Shown here one piece after another: positions 9,185 to 17,307 of a DNA stretch of 64,000 nucleotides. The notes under the pieces are model-generated. The model worked only from the letters and a program-made list of their open reading frames with translations, did not search any database and was not told the origin of the DNA. Origin of the DNA: a virus (Duplodnaviria; Caudoviricetes); IMG/VR virus record IMGVR_UViG_3300028284_000005, positions 1,752 to 65,751 of that record; one strand, given 5' to 3'. The position numbers were made by a program, and so were the translations under genes. The first letter of the stretch is position 1; each line of letters starts with the position of its first letter.

Positions 9185-9483
9185 CAAATTCTGTCCTTCT
9201 ATTTTCACATTTATGACAATATTACTAACACTGAAGAAATTACTAACTTAGAATTAGCCTTACCTGGTTTTTCTAAAAAAGATTTAAATATTGAGGTTGA
9301 AGGTAGAACTTTAACAATTTCTGCTGAGGTTAGTGAAGAAGATACTACTAAATATTATAAAACATTTAAAAAGTCTTATCTCTTACCAACTAATGCAGAT
9401 ACTGATAATATCTCAGCAAAGATGGTGAATGGACTATTGATTTTGGCAATAAAGCTGAATCTAAATCTATTACAATTAAGTAA
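9185..9483 (+). pseudogene. Small heat-shock protein (Hsp20/alpha-crystallin), frameshifted; not in ORF track
   Basis: Frame from 9248 reads LELALPGFSKKDLNIEVEGRTLTISAE...FKKSYLLP...ISAKMVNGLL. No in-frame start (TGA at 9182). The C-terminus DFGNKAESKSITIK* lies in another frame after about 9439. Confidence 0.8.
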
Positions 9484-9500
9484 ATTGTTAATAACTTTTG

Positions 9501-9539
9501 AAAAAAAGCGGCCTAGGATTTTCACGGGTCGCTTTTTTT
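9501..9539. terminator. Bidirectional terminator-like hairpin
   Basis: A7-GCGGCCT...GGGTCGC-T7. Confidence 0.6.
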
Positions 9540-9550
9540 GTTTATATTAG
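9513..9550 (+). promoter_or_regulatory. Putative early promoter CTAGGATTTT-N5-GTC-N11-TTATATT
   Basis: Same motif and spacing at 14193-14228. Both copies precede runs of small orphan ORFs. Confidence 0.6.
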
Positions 9551-9574
9551 TATTATAATTAAAACTTAAAAAAA

Positions 9575-9745
9575 ATGGACACAGCTAGATATACAGTAAA
9601 ATTATTTAAAGATGGTGAAATTATAGACTATCTAAATACAGACGACGAAGACTTAGCTCATACCACTTCATTCGAATTAATAGAAAAATATGGTAATGGT
9701 AATGTTTGGATATGTAATGTATTTGTTGAATGGATGGTAGGATAA
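9575..9745 (+). CDS. Hypothetical protein (56 aa; not in ORF track)
   Basis: MDTARYTVKLFKDGEIIDYLNTDDEDLAH...WMVG*, with an A-rich leader downstream of the putative early promoter. Confidence 0.65.
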   Translation: MDTARYTVKLFKDGEIIDYLNTDDEDLAHTTSFELIEKYGNGNVWICNVFVEWMVG

Positions 9746-9755
9746 TAAATAAAAT

Positions 9756-9989
9756 ATGAGAATAGATTATAAAATATTAAAAAAGATAGAAAAAGAATAT
9801 GGGTCTGATGATTTTCAAGTAGGCCCATCGGATGAAGGAATGTTTGGGAGCATTATACTTAGATTTGGATATTGGGGAAGAGTTCCATTAGATTCTTTAC
9901 AAAAAACAGTAGGAGACAGGTATACTGTTGAAGAAAGAGAGTATGAAGACGAAGACACAGGGTGGCTATACCACTATATTTTAAAATAA
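9756..9989 (+). CDS. Hypothetical protein
   Basis: Tightly packed ORF with A-rich leader. Confidence 0.65.
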   Translation: MRIDYKILKKIEKEYGSDDFQVGPSDEGMFGSIILRFGYWGRVPLDSLQKTVGDRYTVEEREYEDEDTGWLYHYILK

Positions 9990-10008
9990 AAAGGATAAAT
10001 ATAATATT

Positions 10009-10362
10009 ATGAAAGATTATTTTGACAACGAGGATTATGATGATTTGTTTGATGATGAAAACAATAACCATAGAGGTAGTGAATCATTTGATAGCTTAGA
10101 TGATTTTAATGAAGATGGCTTTAAGGATTTAATTGAAAAATTAAAAAGAGTTAGAGAAGAACAACTAATTATGGAAAACTATAACAACATTGTAAAAAAG
10201 GGAGTAGACGTTGAAGGTATTGCTGAATATGGTGAAGATAATTTAAATAGACTAAAACAAACTCTTGATATTATGATTGAGTTTTTTGAAGATAGAGAAG
10301 ATTATGAAAAATGCCATGATGTTAAATTATTTTCAGATCAAATAAATACTATTGAATTTTGA
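10009..10362 (+). CDS. Acidic protein with C-terminal UVR-like motif
   Basis: FFEDREDYEKCHDVK. GATAAATA at 9994. Confidence 0.6.
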   Translation: MKDYFDNEDYDDLFDDENNNHRGSESFDSLDDFNEDGFKDLIEKLKRVREEQLIMENYNNIVKKGVDVEGIAEYGEDNLNRLKQTLDIMIEFFEDREDYEKCHDVKLFSDQINTIEF

Positions 10363-10643
10363 AATACGTAAAAACATATAAAGTATTTGAACATCAAGGG
10401 ACTGGTGATGCAACAGGTGAAGATTCTAATTTATATAATATTAGAAACTTTAGAGGCACTATAAAAGACTTTGATAATTATTTTAAATCTAAAATAGGTG
10501 AAACAAATCCATATAAAGATAATATAAAGGTAGATGGGCCACAAATAGATAGTCCACGTGAAGGAGAAAAGGATAATAGTTTGCCTTACCAGGATTTTCA
10601 AAACGGAAAGTCAGACCTAGTAAAAAACAAATATGGAAAATAA
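10359..10643 (+). CDS. Hypothetical protein, possible head-internal protein
   Basis: TTG start overlapping the upstream stop. N-terminus MKYVKTYKVFE. Confidence 0.55.
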   Translation: MKYVKTYKVFEHQGTGDATGEDSNLYNIRNFRGTIKDFDNYFKSKIGETNPYKDNIKVDGPQIDSPREGEKDNSLPYQDFQNGKSDLVKNKYGK

Positions 10644-10854
10644 TAAACTTACACAAGATCTTTTAAAACAATTAAAGAGAATTGCAGATGCTCTTGAAAA
10701 AGGGAATGTATTAACTGAAGCACAAAATAAAAAATATGAAAAGTTTAATAAGGTGCAAGAAAAGAAGGCAACTCTAGAATTAAAAGATATTCAAGAAAAA
10801 AGAAAAGTAGGCCAAGTTACTGAGATTATTAATAAGAAACTTGATCAATCATAG
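10633..10854 (+). CDS. Hypothetical coiled-coil protein
   Basis: Operon-coupled ORF, LKRIADALEK. Confidence 0.6.
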   Translation: MENNKLTQDLLKQLKRIADALEKGNVLTEAQNKKYEKFNKVQEKKATLELKDIQEKRKVGQVTEIINKKLDQS

Positions 10855-10857
10855 GAG

Positions 10858-11673
10858 ATGAACTACTACAACGTATTAGGCGTAGATAAAGGGGCATCTG
10901 ATTCTGAAATAAAGAAAGCATACCGTAAAAAAGCAAAGGAGTATCATCCTGATAAAAACGGCGATCCAGAAAAGTTTAAGGAAGTTAGTGAAGCTTATGA
11001 TGTTTTAGGAGATAAAACTAAGAAGCAAAACTATGATCAATTTGGAGATCCTAAGGGAAGTCCATTTGGTGGAAGGAATCCTTTTGGAGGCAATGGTGGA
11101 AATCCCTTTGGTGGCAGTGGAGACTTTGCAGATATGTTTAATGACATATTTGGAAATAGAAGACAGGCTAAGGGTCAAGACTTTAGGGTTAATATGACTT
11201 TTAATTTTAACGAAGCATTCCACGGTTGTCGTAAAGAATTTTCAGTAAATGGACAAAGACTTGCTATGAATTTTAAACCTGGTTTATTTACTGGGCAAAC
11301 ATTTAGAATTAACGGTAAAGGAGGTGCTAACCCCTATAATCCTGATGGACCTAGAGGGGATGTTATTATAAATGTAACAGTTATACAAGATTCTAGATTT
11401 GTGTTACAAGGGAGTGATATATGGACTGAATTAAATCTTGACTGGTGGGACATAATGATAGGTTGTAAAAGAGAAGTTGAAACACCTGATGGCAAAGTTT
11501 TACTTAAAATTCCAGAAAACACATATCCTGGCAGGGTACTGAGGATAGTTGACAAAGGTTTCCCGATATATAATACAACAAACAGAGGAAGTTTGCTTTG
11601 TAGGATTAATGGTAAATGGCCAAAACTTACAGAGGAACAACTTGAATATGTTAAAAAAATAAAAGTAAAATGA
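10858..11673 (+). CDS. dnaJ: DnaJ class B (CbpA-like) co-chaperone
   Basis: N-terminal J domain (YYNVLGV...YHPDKN), G/F-rich linker, C-terminal substrate-binding domains, no zinc finger. Confidence 0.92.
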   Translation: MNYYNVLGVDKGASDSEIKKAYRKKAKEYHPDKNGDPEKFKEVSEAYDVLGDKTKKQNYDQFGDPKGSPFGGRNPFGGNGGNPFGGSGDFADMFNDIFGNRRQAKGQDFRVNMTFNFNEAFHGCRKEFSVNGQRLAMNFKPGLFTGQTFRINGKGGANPYNPDGPRGDVIINVTVIQDSRFVLQGSDIWTELNLDWWDIMIGCKREVETPDGKVLLKIPENTYPGRVLRIVDKGFPIYNTTNRGSLLCRINGKWPKLTEEQLEYVKKIKVK

Positions 11674-11933
11674 TAGGCGAAAGTCCACTTGGTGAATTTA
11701 ATGATTTTGAAATGTTTCTAAATATGTTAGTAACTAAACCAATTAATCCTGGTCACGTCTATGAAATGATTTATGATGCTTTAATAAAAGATACTTCATA
11801 TGCAATATATGGAGGTTATCCAAAGGATTTAAAATTAAAAGCCTTAGATTCTTTAATTAATTGGTTTGAATTAACTGAAGAATTTGAAAAATGTAAAGAA
11901 GTAAAAACTATAAAAGACAAGATATGCTCATAG
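11670..11933 (+). CDS. Small protein with C-terminal UVR-like motif
   Basis: WFELTEEFEKCKEVKTIKD. Confidence 0.6.
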   Translation: MIGESPLGEFNDFEMFLNMLVTKPINPGHVYEMIYDALIKDTSYAIYGGYPKDLKLKALDSLINWFELTEEFEKCKEVKTIKDKICS

Positions 11934-12115
11934 TAAATGTAAAGAAAGATATAGAAAAGGCGTTAAAGCAATATAAGCGTAAAGTTATTAAGACTAAGCA
12001 ATCTAGAAAACTTAATGCAAAACGATACCACACCAAAAAATCAGTACTCCGTAGAGAGGAAGTCAAAAATGCCCAATATATTGAGAGAATGTATGGCAAC
12101 AAAAATAATGACTAA
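11924..12115 (+). CDS. rpsU: Ribosomal protein bS21 (phage-encoded)
   Basis: MLIVNVKKDIEKALKQYKRKV...YHTKKSVLRREEVKNAQY matches the Flavobacteriia-type bS21 pattern. Confidence 0.9.
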   Translation: MLIVNVKKDIEKALKQYKRKVIKTKQSRKLNAKRYHTKKSVLRREEVKNAQYIERMYGNKNND

Positions 12116-12191
12116 TAATATAATCTATTTTTTTTATTAAACAAGGCCGCTGAGGAAAGGTAGTTGGAATATATAAATAAAAGTAAGTAAA

Positions 12192-12458
12192 ATGGCAATG
12201 GAAGGATATTTATCCAGTGAGGATCACGACAAATTAATGGAAGAATCATACGAACTGTTAAGTAAAAATCACACTAAATCAGTTAATAGATTCATTGTAT
12301 ATAAAGAAGGAAGCCAAAGTGTTGAGGTACCTCATGGTATTGGTCAACGTTCTAAATATATCGACTTGCTTATTAAGCACTTTGAAGAAAAAGAAGAATA
12401 TGAAAAATGTACAAATCTTCAAGAGCTTAAAGAACTTGTTATAATGGCAGGTGACTAA
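12192..12458 (+). CDS. Small protein with C-terminal UVR-like motif
   Basis: HFEEKEEYEKCTNLQELKE. AATATATA at 12168. Confidence 0.6.
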   Translation: MAMEGYLSSEDHDKLMEESYELLSKNHTKSVNRFIVYKEGSQSVEVPHGIGQRSKYIDLLIKHFEEKEEYEKCTNLQELKELVIMAGD

Positions 12459-12472
12459 AAATAATACAATAA

Positions 12473-13174
12473 ATGAGTAAAGGCCAAAAATCTAAAAGTG
12501 GAATTAACATTAGTACACTTCTTAAAGATTGTGTAAAAAGAGTTCAACTTAGGCAATCACAGCAACAATATGTAAGAACTGTAGATGAAAATAAAATAAT
12601 ATTTTGCCATGGCCCTGCCGGAACCTCAAAAACCTTTACAGCATGTTATATCGGACTTAAGATGCTTAGTGAAAAGCAAATTAAGAGAATTGTACTTTGT
12701 AGACCAATGGTTGAAAGTAGCGAAAAACTTGGATTTTTACCAGGTGTATTAGAAGAAAAGATCTCACCATATTTAAAATCATATAAATCTAATATTGAAA
12801 AAATAATAGGTAAAGAAGCAACAAGTGAATTGTTTGAAAAAAATATTATTACATTTGAGCCACTTGCATATATGAGAGGTGATACTTATGATGACGCATT
12901 AATGATTCTCGATGAGGCACAAAATGCTGAAATGAAAAGTTTAATGTTATTTGTAACAAGAATGGGTAAATCAAGTAAATCAATTGTTGCAGGTGATATT
13001 AATCAATATGACATTCAAAGAAACAAAGTCAGTATGCCTAAGTTTTATGAAATAATTAAAACAACTAAAGGAGTGGGCCAACATATATTTACAGAAAAAG
13101 ATATTGTAAGAGCCAAGATACTTATTGAAATCGTTAAAAAGTATGATGCTTGGAAAGATAACGAAGGTAGGTAG
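12473..13174 (+). CDS. phoH: PhoH-like ATPase
   Basis: GPAGTSKT, LGFLPG, PLAYMRG, ILDEAQN, TRMG and GDINQ motifs. Confidence 0.93.
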   Translation: MSKGQKSKSGINISTLLKDCVKRVQLRQSQQQYVRTVDENKIIFCHGPAGTSKTFTACYIGLKMLSEKQIKRIVLCRPMVESSEKLGFLPGVLEEKISPYLKSYKSNIEKIIGKEATSELFEKNIITFEPLAYMRGDTYDDALMILDEAQNAEMKSLMLFVTRMGKSSKSIVAGDINQYDIQRNKVSMPKFYEIIKTTKGVGQHIFTEKDIVRAKILIEIVKKYDAWKDNEGR

Positions 13175-13182
13175 CTCATAAT

Positions 13183-13209
13183 AAACCTTTTTCATTTTTT
13201 TTATATAAT
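13183..13209 (+). promoter_or_regulatory. Putative middle promoter AAAC-N17-TATAAT
   Basis: AAAC 13183, TATAAT 13204, ATG 6 nt later. Confidence 0.65.
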
Positions 13210-13215
13210 TAATAT

Positions 13216-13848
13216 ATGAAAAAAGCAAAACACATTATTTTAAAATCTTACATGAACGAAAACCTCATTGAGGTAGGATTAGATGAAGCAGGAAGAGGAG
13301 CATTGGCTGGACCAGTCGTGGTTGCAGGTGTTATAATGCCAAAAGGATTTACACATCCTTTAATTAAAGATTCTAAATTATTAAATGAAGGTGAAAGAAG
13401 AGAAGCAAGAGCATTGGTGTTAGATAATGCAATTTCATATTCAATTAAAGCCATTGATGTAGATTATATTGAAAAAACAAATATTTTAAAGGCTACATTA
13501 TTTGGAATGAAAGAATGTTTAGATGGAATTAAAATGAAAGGAGATCAATTTGATTTTATTCTTGTAGATGGAGATCAATTCCATGGTTGGAATGGACTTC
13601 CATTTGAAACAGTAGTTGGAGGTGATAATAAATACACATCTATTGCTGCAGCTTCTATACTTGCAAAAACAAGTAGAGATTTAATTATGAAAAAATTAAA
13701 CGAAGGCCATGAACAATATGGTTGGAATTCCAATAAAGGTTATGGAACTAGTGCACATCGAAATGCAATTAAACAGGATGGAGCAACTGAACATCACAGA
13801 ATGAGTTTCATAAATCACATGTTAACCTCAACTGTGAGTTTATTTTGA
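13216..13848 (+). CDS. rnhB: Ribonuclease HII
   Basis: GLDEAGRGALAGPV, DSK, SIAAASILAK, NKGYGT and HRMSF motifs. Confidence 0.95.
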   Translation: MKKAKHIILKSYMNENLIEVGLDEAGRGALAGPVVVAGVIMPKGFTHPLIKDSKLLNEGERREARALVLDNAISYSIKAIDVDYIEKTNILKATLFGMKECLDGIKMKGDQFDFILVDGDQFHGWNGLPFETVVGGDNKYTSIAAASILAKTSRDLIMKKLNEGHEQYGWNSNKGYGTSAHRNAIKQDGATEHHRMSFINHMLTSTVSLF

Positions 13849-14192
13849 AAAACCTGCTAATAGGCATAGGGCTTTACACAGTATCTCAAACACTGGTTTG
13901 GTTTCAATCAAATGGTCAATTTCTATGGCCTTTCTTTAAAAAAAATACATGGCTTATTGCACTACTAGGAAGTGGTGTAGGTTATATGTTTATTGTAGGA
14001 ACTAAATATATTGCTGAACACTATGATGGTCAAATTTGGCCTGGTAGATTTATAGGATTTTCTATTGGGATGGTAACATATTCTATATTTACGTATTTTC
14101 TTATGGGAGAAGGCATGAATCTTAAAACTACTATTTGTTTAATGCTATCCTTTTGCATAATATTAATTCAACTTTTTTGGAAAATAAGTTAA
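13845..14192 (+). CDS. Small multi-pass membrane protein (SMR/EamA-like)
   Basis: Four hydrophobic segments in 115 aa. Confidence 0.55.
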   Translation: MKNLLIGIGLYTVSQTLVWFQSNGQFLWPFFKKNTWLIALLGSGVGYMFIVGTKYIAEHYDGQIWPGRFIGFSIGMVTYSIFTYFLMGEGMNLKTTICLMLSFCIILIQLFWKIS

Positions 14193-14230
14193 CTAGGATT
14201 TTTTTATGTCATTGGAAATAGTTATATTTA
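14193..14230 (+). promoter_or_regulatory. Putative early promoter, second copy
   Basis: CTAGGATTTT-tttat-GTC-N11-TTATATTTA. Confidence 0.6.
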
Positions 14231-14236
14231 TATAAA

Positions 14237-14353
14237 ATGAAAGAATATAAAAAAAGAAGTAGTAAGAAATCAAGAAACGCAATGCGACTTTCAGTAATCA
14301 ATTCAATAGCTATTGTATTATTATTTGTTGCATTTTTAATACTAAGACAATGA
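14237..14353 (+). CDS. Small single-TM protein (38 aa; not in ORF track)
   Basis: MKEYKKRSSKKSRNAMRLSVINSIAIVLLFVAFLILRQ*. ATGA overlap with the next gene. Confidence 0.6.
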   Translation: MKEYKKRSSKKSRNAMRLSVINSIAIVLLFVAFLILRQ

Positions 14354-14532
14354 AAAAAGAGAAATGTTATTTAATACAAAAGACTATTTTAGAAAAGGGA
14401 ATTACAGTTTATATTAATGATAGCCTAGGTGAAACTGTGGAATTTACACAACATAGTGAGGCAATAAAGTTTTGTAAAATATTAAACTCAAATTCTGATA
14501 ATAATTGTAAATATGAAATAGAAGAAATATGA
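14350..14532 (+). CDS. Hypothetical protein
   Basis: ATGA-coupled ORF. Confidence 0.6.
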   Translation: MKKEKCYLIQKTILEKGITVYINDSLGETVEFTQHSEAIKFCKILNSNSDNNCKYEIEEI

Positions 14533-14759
14533 TAAATGAAAAACCTGAAGTTATAGTCGTTTGGAGAAAAAACGAAAGAGCAACAAAAAGATATATGACA
14601 GTTTTTAAAGACATTAAAGTAGATGATGTTTTAGAAGAAAAAAGAAAACCATTGTTGGATAATAGTTATACAATGGATGAAGTCGGAATTGGCTCTTCAT
14701 TTATAGATACTTGGCAACATAAATATAAAATTAATAAATATAACATAGTAAAAAAATAA
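14529..14759 (+). CDS. Hypothetical protein
   Basis: ATGA-coupled ORF. Confidence 0.6.
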   Translation: MINEKPEVIVVWRKNERATKRYMTVFKDIKVDDVLEEKRKPLLDNSYTMDEVGIGSSFIDTWQHKYKINKYNIVKK

Positions 14760-14765
14760 AAGAGT

Positions 14766-15086
14766 ATGCACCCAATAGACCTTAATTATATTAGTCACGA
14801 AACAAGACATCTTAATGAAATGGAAGTCAGAGTAAGCGACTTAAAAGAAAATAAAATAAAATATGTAAAAGAGCTTGAAAAAAGATTCAGGAGAAACTGT
14901 AATTTAGAAGAAGCTCAACGTAGATTAAAGGATCATCTTGATAGAAATCCTAAAGGAGAAGAAATGAAAAAGCTAAAAGCAATGGATTCTACATTGCGAC
15001 ATGTTATTAAGCAAATGAATATTAGAAAAGAAAAACTAGAAAAATTCCACAATGAAAAAAAGGGAGAAGGAAGTTCAGATTCTTAA
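14766..15086 (+). CDS. Hypothetical coiled-coil protein
   Basis: Operon packing. Confidence 0.6.
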   Translation: MHPIDLNYISHETRHLNEMEVRVSDLKENKIKYVKELEKRFRRNCNLEEAQRRLKDHLDRNPKGEEMKKLKAMDSTLRHVIKQMNIRKEKLEKFHNEKKGEGSSDS

Positions 15087-15285
15087 TGACCTCTTAAATG
15101 AATTACAGTTTATAAAAAAGGTAATTCAAAGTTGCAAAACAGGTCAACAATTAGAAATATCAATTGATTGGATGAATCGATGGAAGCACAATCGCAAGAA
15201 ATGGATCGAATCTAAAGGAATGCCATATTTATTAAAAGAGTTTGAAAGTATTGAATTCTTTAAAGAATTAAACAATTTACAATAA
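15052..15285 (+). CDS. Hypothetical protein
   Basis: Operon packing. Confidence 0.55.
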   Translation: MKKREKEVQILNDLLNELQFIKKVIQSCKTGQQLEISIDWMNRWKHNRKKWIESKGMPYLLKEFESIEFFKELNNLQ

Positions 15286-15296
15286 TTTTATATAAT
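15270..15296 (+). promoter_or_regulatory. Putative middle promoter AAAC-N17-TATAAT
   Basis: AAAC 15270, TATAAT 15291, ATG 5 nt later. Confidence 0.65.
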
Positions 15297-15301
15297 ATTA
15301 G

Positions 15302-15526
15302 ATGTTACAAGCAATTTCAATATACCTGCTAATCGGAATCTTAATTAATGTATTAGTTGATTTAATGTACGACTGGATGGGTAATAATAAAATAGACTAT
15401 AATTTAGTAGACACTAACATGTCCAATGAAAAATGGAATAATTTTACAAAGATCGTCGTTACTCTATTATGGCCAATATGCATTGTTTACGTGGCAATAC
15501 AAATTTTTAACGAATATACAAAATGA
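15302..15526 (+). CDS. Two-TM membrane protein
   Basis: YLLIG...LLWP hydrophobic pattern. Confidence 0.6.
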   Translation: MLQAISIYLLIGILINVLVDLMYDWMGNNKIDYNLVDTNMSNEKWNNFTKIVVTLLWPICIVYVAIQIFNEYTK

Positions 15527-16473
15527 CAAATTACGGATACTGTTGTATTAACAAAACACTTGCCGAACAAGGTATTAAAGTCGGTAGAAAAATGATTAAA
15601 AAAACCTTTACTGAAAGAGGTATTGAATATGCAGGTCAACTTGCACTCTTAAATGTAAATGACATGTGTAAAATTATTAAATGGAATAATGAAAATGGCA
15701 TTAAACTTTATCGCATGTCTTCAAGTATGTTTCCATGGTCTACTGAATATGCACTAAAGGATCTTCCTACATATAATAGAATTAAAGTATTATTACAAGG
15801 CGCTGGTAGTCTAGCAATGGAAGGTGGTCAAAGACTTACATTCCATCCTGGTCATTTTTGCGTATTGGCTAGCATGACTCCTAAGGTAGTATCTTCTGCG
15901 ATACATGAATTAAATCAACATGGCGAAATCATGGACCTCATGGGTCTCCCAAGAAATCCTAACGCACCTATCAATATACATGTCAATACAACAATGGGTG
16001 GCAAGAAAGAAAGTATGGAAAGGTTCTGTAAAATATTTAAAACACTAGATGAAAGTGTAAGATGTAGACTTGTTGTAGAAAATGATGACAAGAAAGCACA
16101 ATACAGTGTAAAAGATTTGAAAGAAGGAATTTCAGATGTGATTGGCTGTCCAGTTATGTTTGATTATCACCATCATTGGTGTTATGCAGATCCAATGCCA
16201 GTCAAAGAAGCATTTGAACTTGCAAGATCAACATGGCCAAAAGGAACTAAACAATGTACACACTATAGTTCATGTAAACAAATACATGAAGATAGTTCAG
16301 TTATGAATAGAGCACATGCTGATTATATTTATGAAACTATTCCAACATTTGGTTATGATGTAGACGTGGAATTGGAAGCTAAGGCTAAAGAACTTGCATT
16401 AATTAAATACTTAGAAGATCTAGCCCATAAAAAATTTTATAAGACTCAAACTGGTCAAACATTAGTTGTTTAA
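15523..16473 (+). CDS. uvsE: UV damage endonuclease UvsE
   Basis: GYCCIN, YRMSS, FHPGHFCVL, VENDD, FDYHHH, HYS, AHAD and EAKAKE motifs. Confidence 0.93.
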   Translation: MTNYGYCCINKTLAEQGIKVGRKMIKKTFTERGIEYAGQLALLNVNDMCKIIKWNNENGIKLYRMSSSMFPWSTEYALKDLPTYNRIKVLLQGAGSLAMEGGQRLTFHPGHFCVLASMTPKVVSSAIHELNQHGEIMDLMGLPRNPNAPINIHVNTTMGGKKESMERFCKIFKTLDESVRCRLVVENDDKKAQYSVKDLKEGISDVIGCPVMFDYHHHWCYADPMPVKEAFELARSTWPKGTKQCTHYSSCKQIHEDSSVMNRAHADYIYETIPTFGYDVDVELEAKAKELALIKYLEDLAHKKFYKTQTGQTLVV

Positions 16474-16528
16474 AATAATTAATATATTATAATGATATAT
16501 AATTAATAACAAAAAAAACTATTTTAAA

Positions 16529-17035
16529 ATGAATACTGACCAAATTTTATCATTCGAAGAGTTTTCAACAAAAGGTACTGATACTGTAACTGCTGAAGCT
16601 CCAACTGTTGATACTGATGTCACGGACACTGAAACAACAAATCCAGAAGCGGAAGCTACAGAAGAATCTAAAGAAGTAGATACTGAACCTATGACAGTTG
16701 CTGAAATGTACAAGAATATTAAAGAAGCTTGTAAGAATGAAGCAATGGCTTATGAAGCTGATGATTATAAAGAACATACAAAAGACACATACATGACTGA
16801 AATGGCTACACTTGCTGCTGAAACTGCATGTAATGTTATTCAAGAAATGTATGAAAAAGAAGATTGTACAAAGGAACAATATGAAGCTGCATGTAATTCT
16901 ATAAAAGAAGCTTATGCTAAAAAATGTAACGAAGCTTGTGAAGCATATGGTACTTCTGAAAATGAAAGACCTGAATCTGAGAACGAACCAGTTCAAGGAC
17001 CAGAAAATTCAATAATTTCTAAAGAAGAAAAATAA
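16529..17035 (+). CDS. Acidic late protein, possible head-internal protein
   Basis: GATATATA at 16494. N-terminal ILSFEEF. Highly E/T-rich. Confidence 0.6.
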   Translation: MNTDQILSFEEFSTKGTDTVTAEAPTVDTDVTDTETTNPEAEATEESKEVDTEPMTVAEMYKNIKEACKNEAMAYEADDYKEHTKDTYMTEMATLAAETACNVIQEMYEKEDCTKEQYEAACNSIKEAYAKKCNEACEAYGTSENERPESENEPVQGPENSIISKEEK

Positions 17036-17041
17036 ACTATA

Positions 17042-17224
17042 ATGAATAAGATAAAGGAAATCGTAAATGCGTCTTGGTTTAAAGCCGCAATTGCAGGAGG
17101 AATAGCAACCCTATTACTATTCCAAGGAGATAAATTCTACGCTGGCATTGCTTATGGTATTGCCATTAGAGAATTCTTATTAGGACTTAAAGTTGAAGGC
17201 GGGACTCAACAACTTAATTCTTAA
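17042..17224 (+). CDS. Small two-TM membrane protein
   Basis: Two Gly/Ala-rich hydrophobic segments. Confidence 0.55.
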   Translation: MNKIKEIVNASWFKAAIAGGIATLLLFQGDKFYAGIAYGIAIREFLLGLKVEGGTQQLNS

Positions 17225-17244
17225 TAAATTTATTAACAATTTAA

Positions 17245-17271
17245 AAACTTTAATCAAGCCATCTATATAAT
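17245..17271 (+). promoter_or_regulatory. Putative middle promoter AAAC-N17-TATAAT
   Basis: AAAC 17245. TATAAT 17266 lies in the loop of a terminator hairpin. Confidence 0.6.
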
Positions 17272-17289
17272 AATAAAGATGGCTTTTTT
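17256..17289 (+). terminator. Rho-independent terminator
   Basis: AAGCCATCT-(12 nt)-AGATGGCTT followed by TTTT. Confidence 0.7.
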
Positions 17290-17307
17290 AATACAAACTA
17301 AACAGAC

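Noticed and set aside
9486-9495. TGTTAATAAC (and TTATTAACA at 17230) as DnaA-box-like sites
   Set aside because: Isolated AT-rich 9-10-mers that also occur inside coding sequence (e.g. 22441), with no cluster suggesting an origin.
12139-12167. GC-richer patch downstream of rpsU as a possible RNA element
   Set aside because: Only weak, mismatch-laden pairing and no second copy found.
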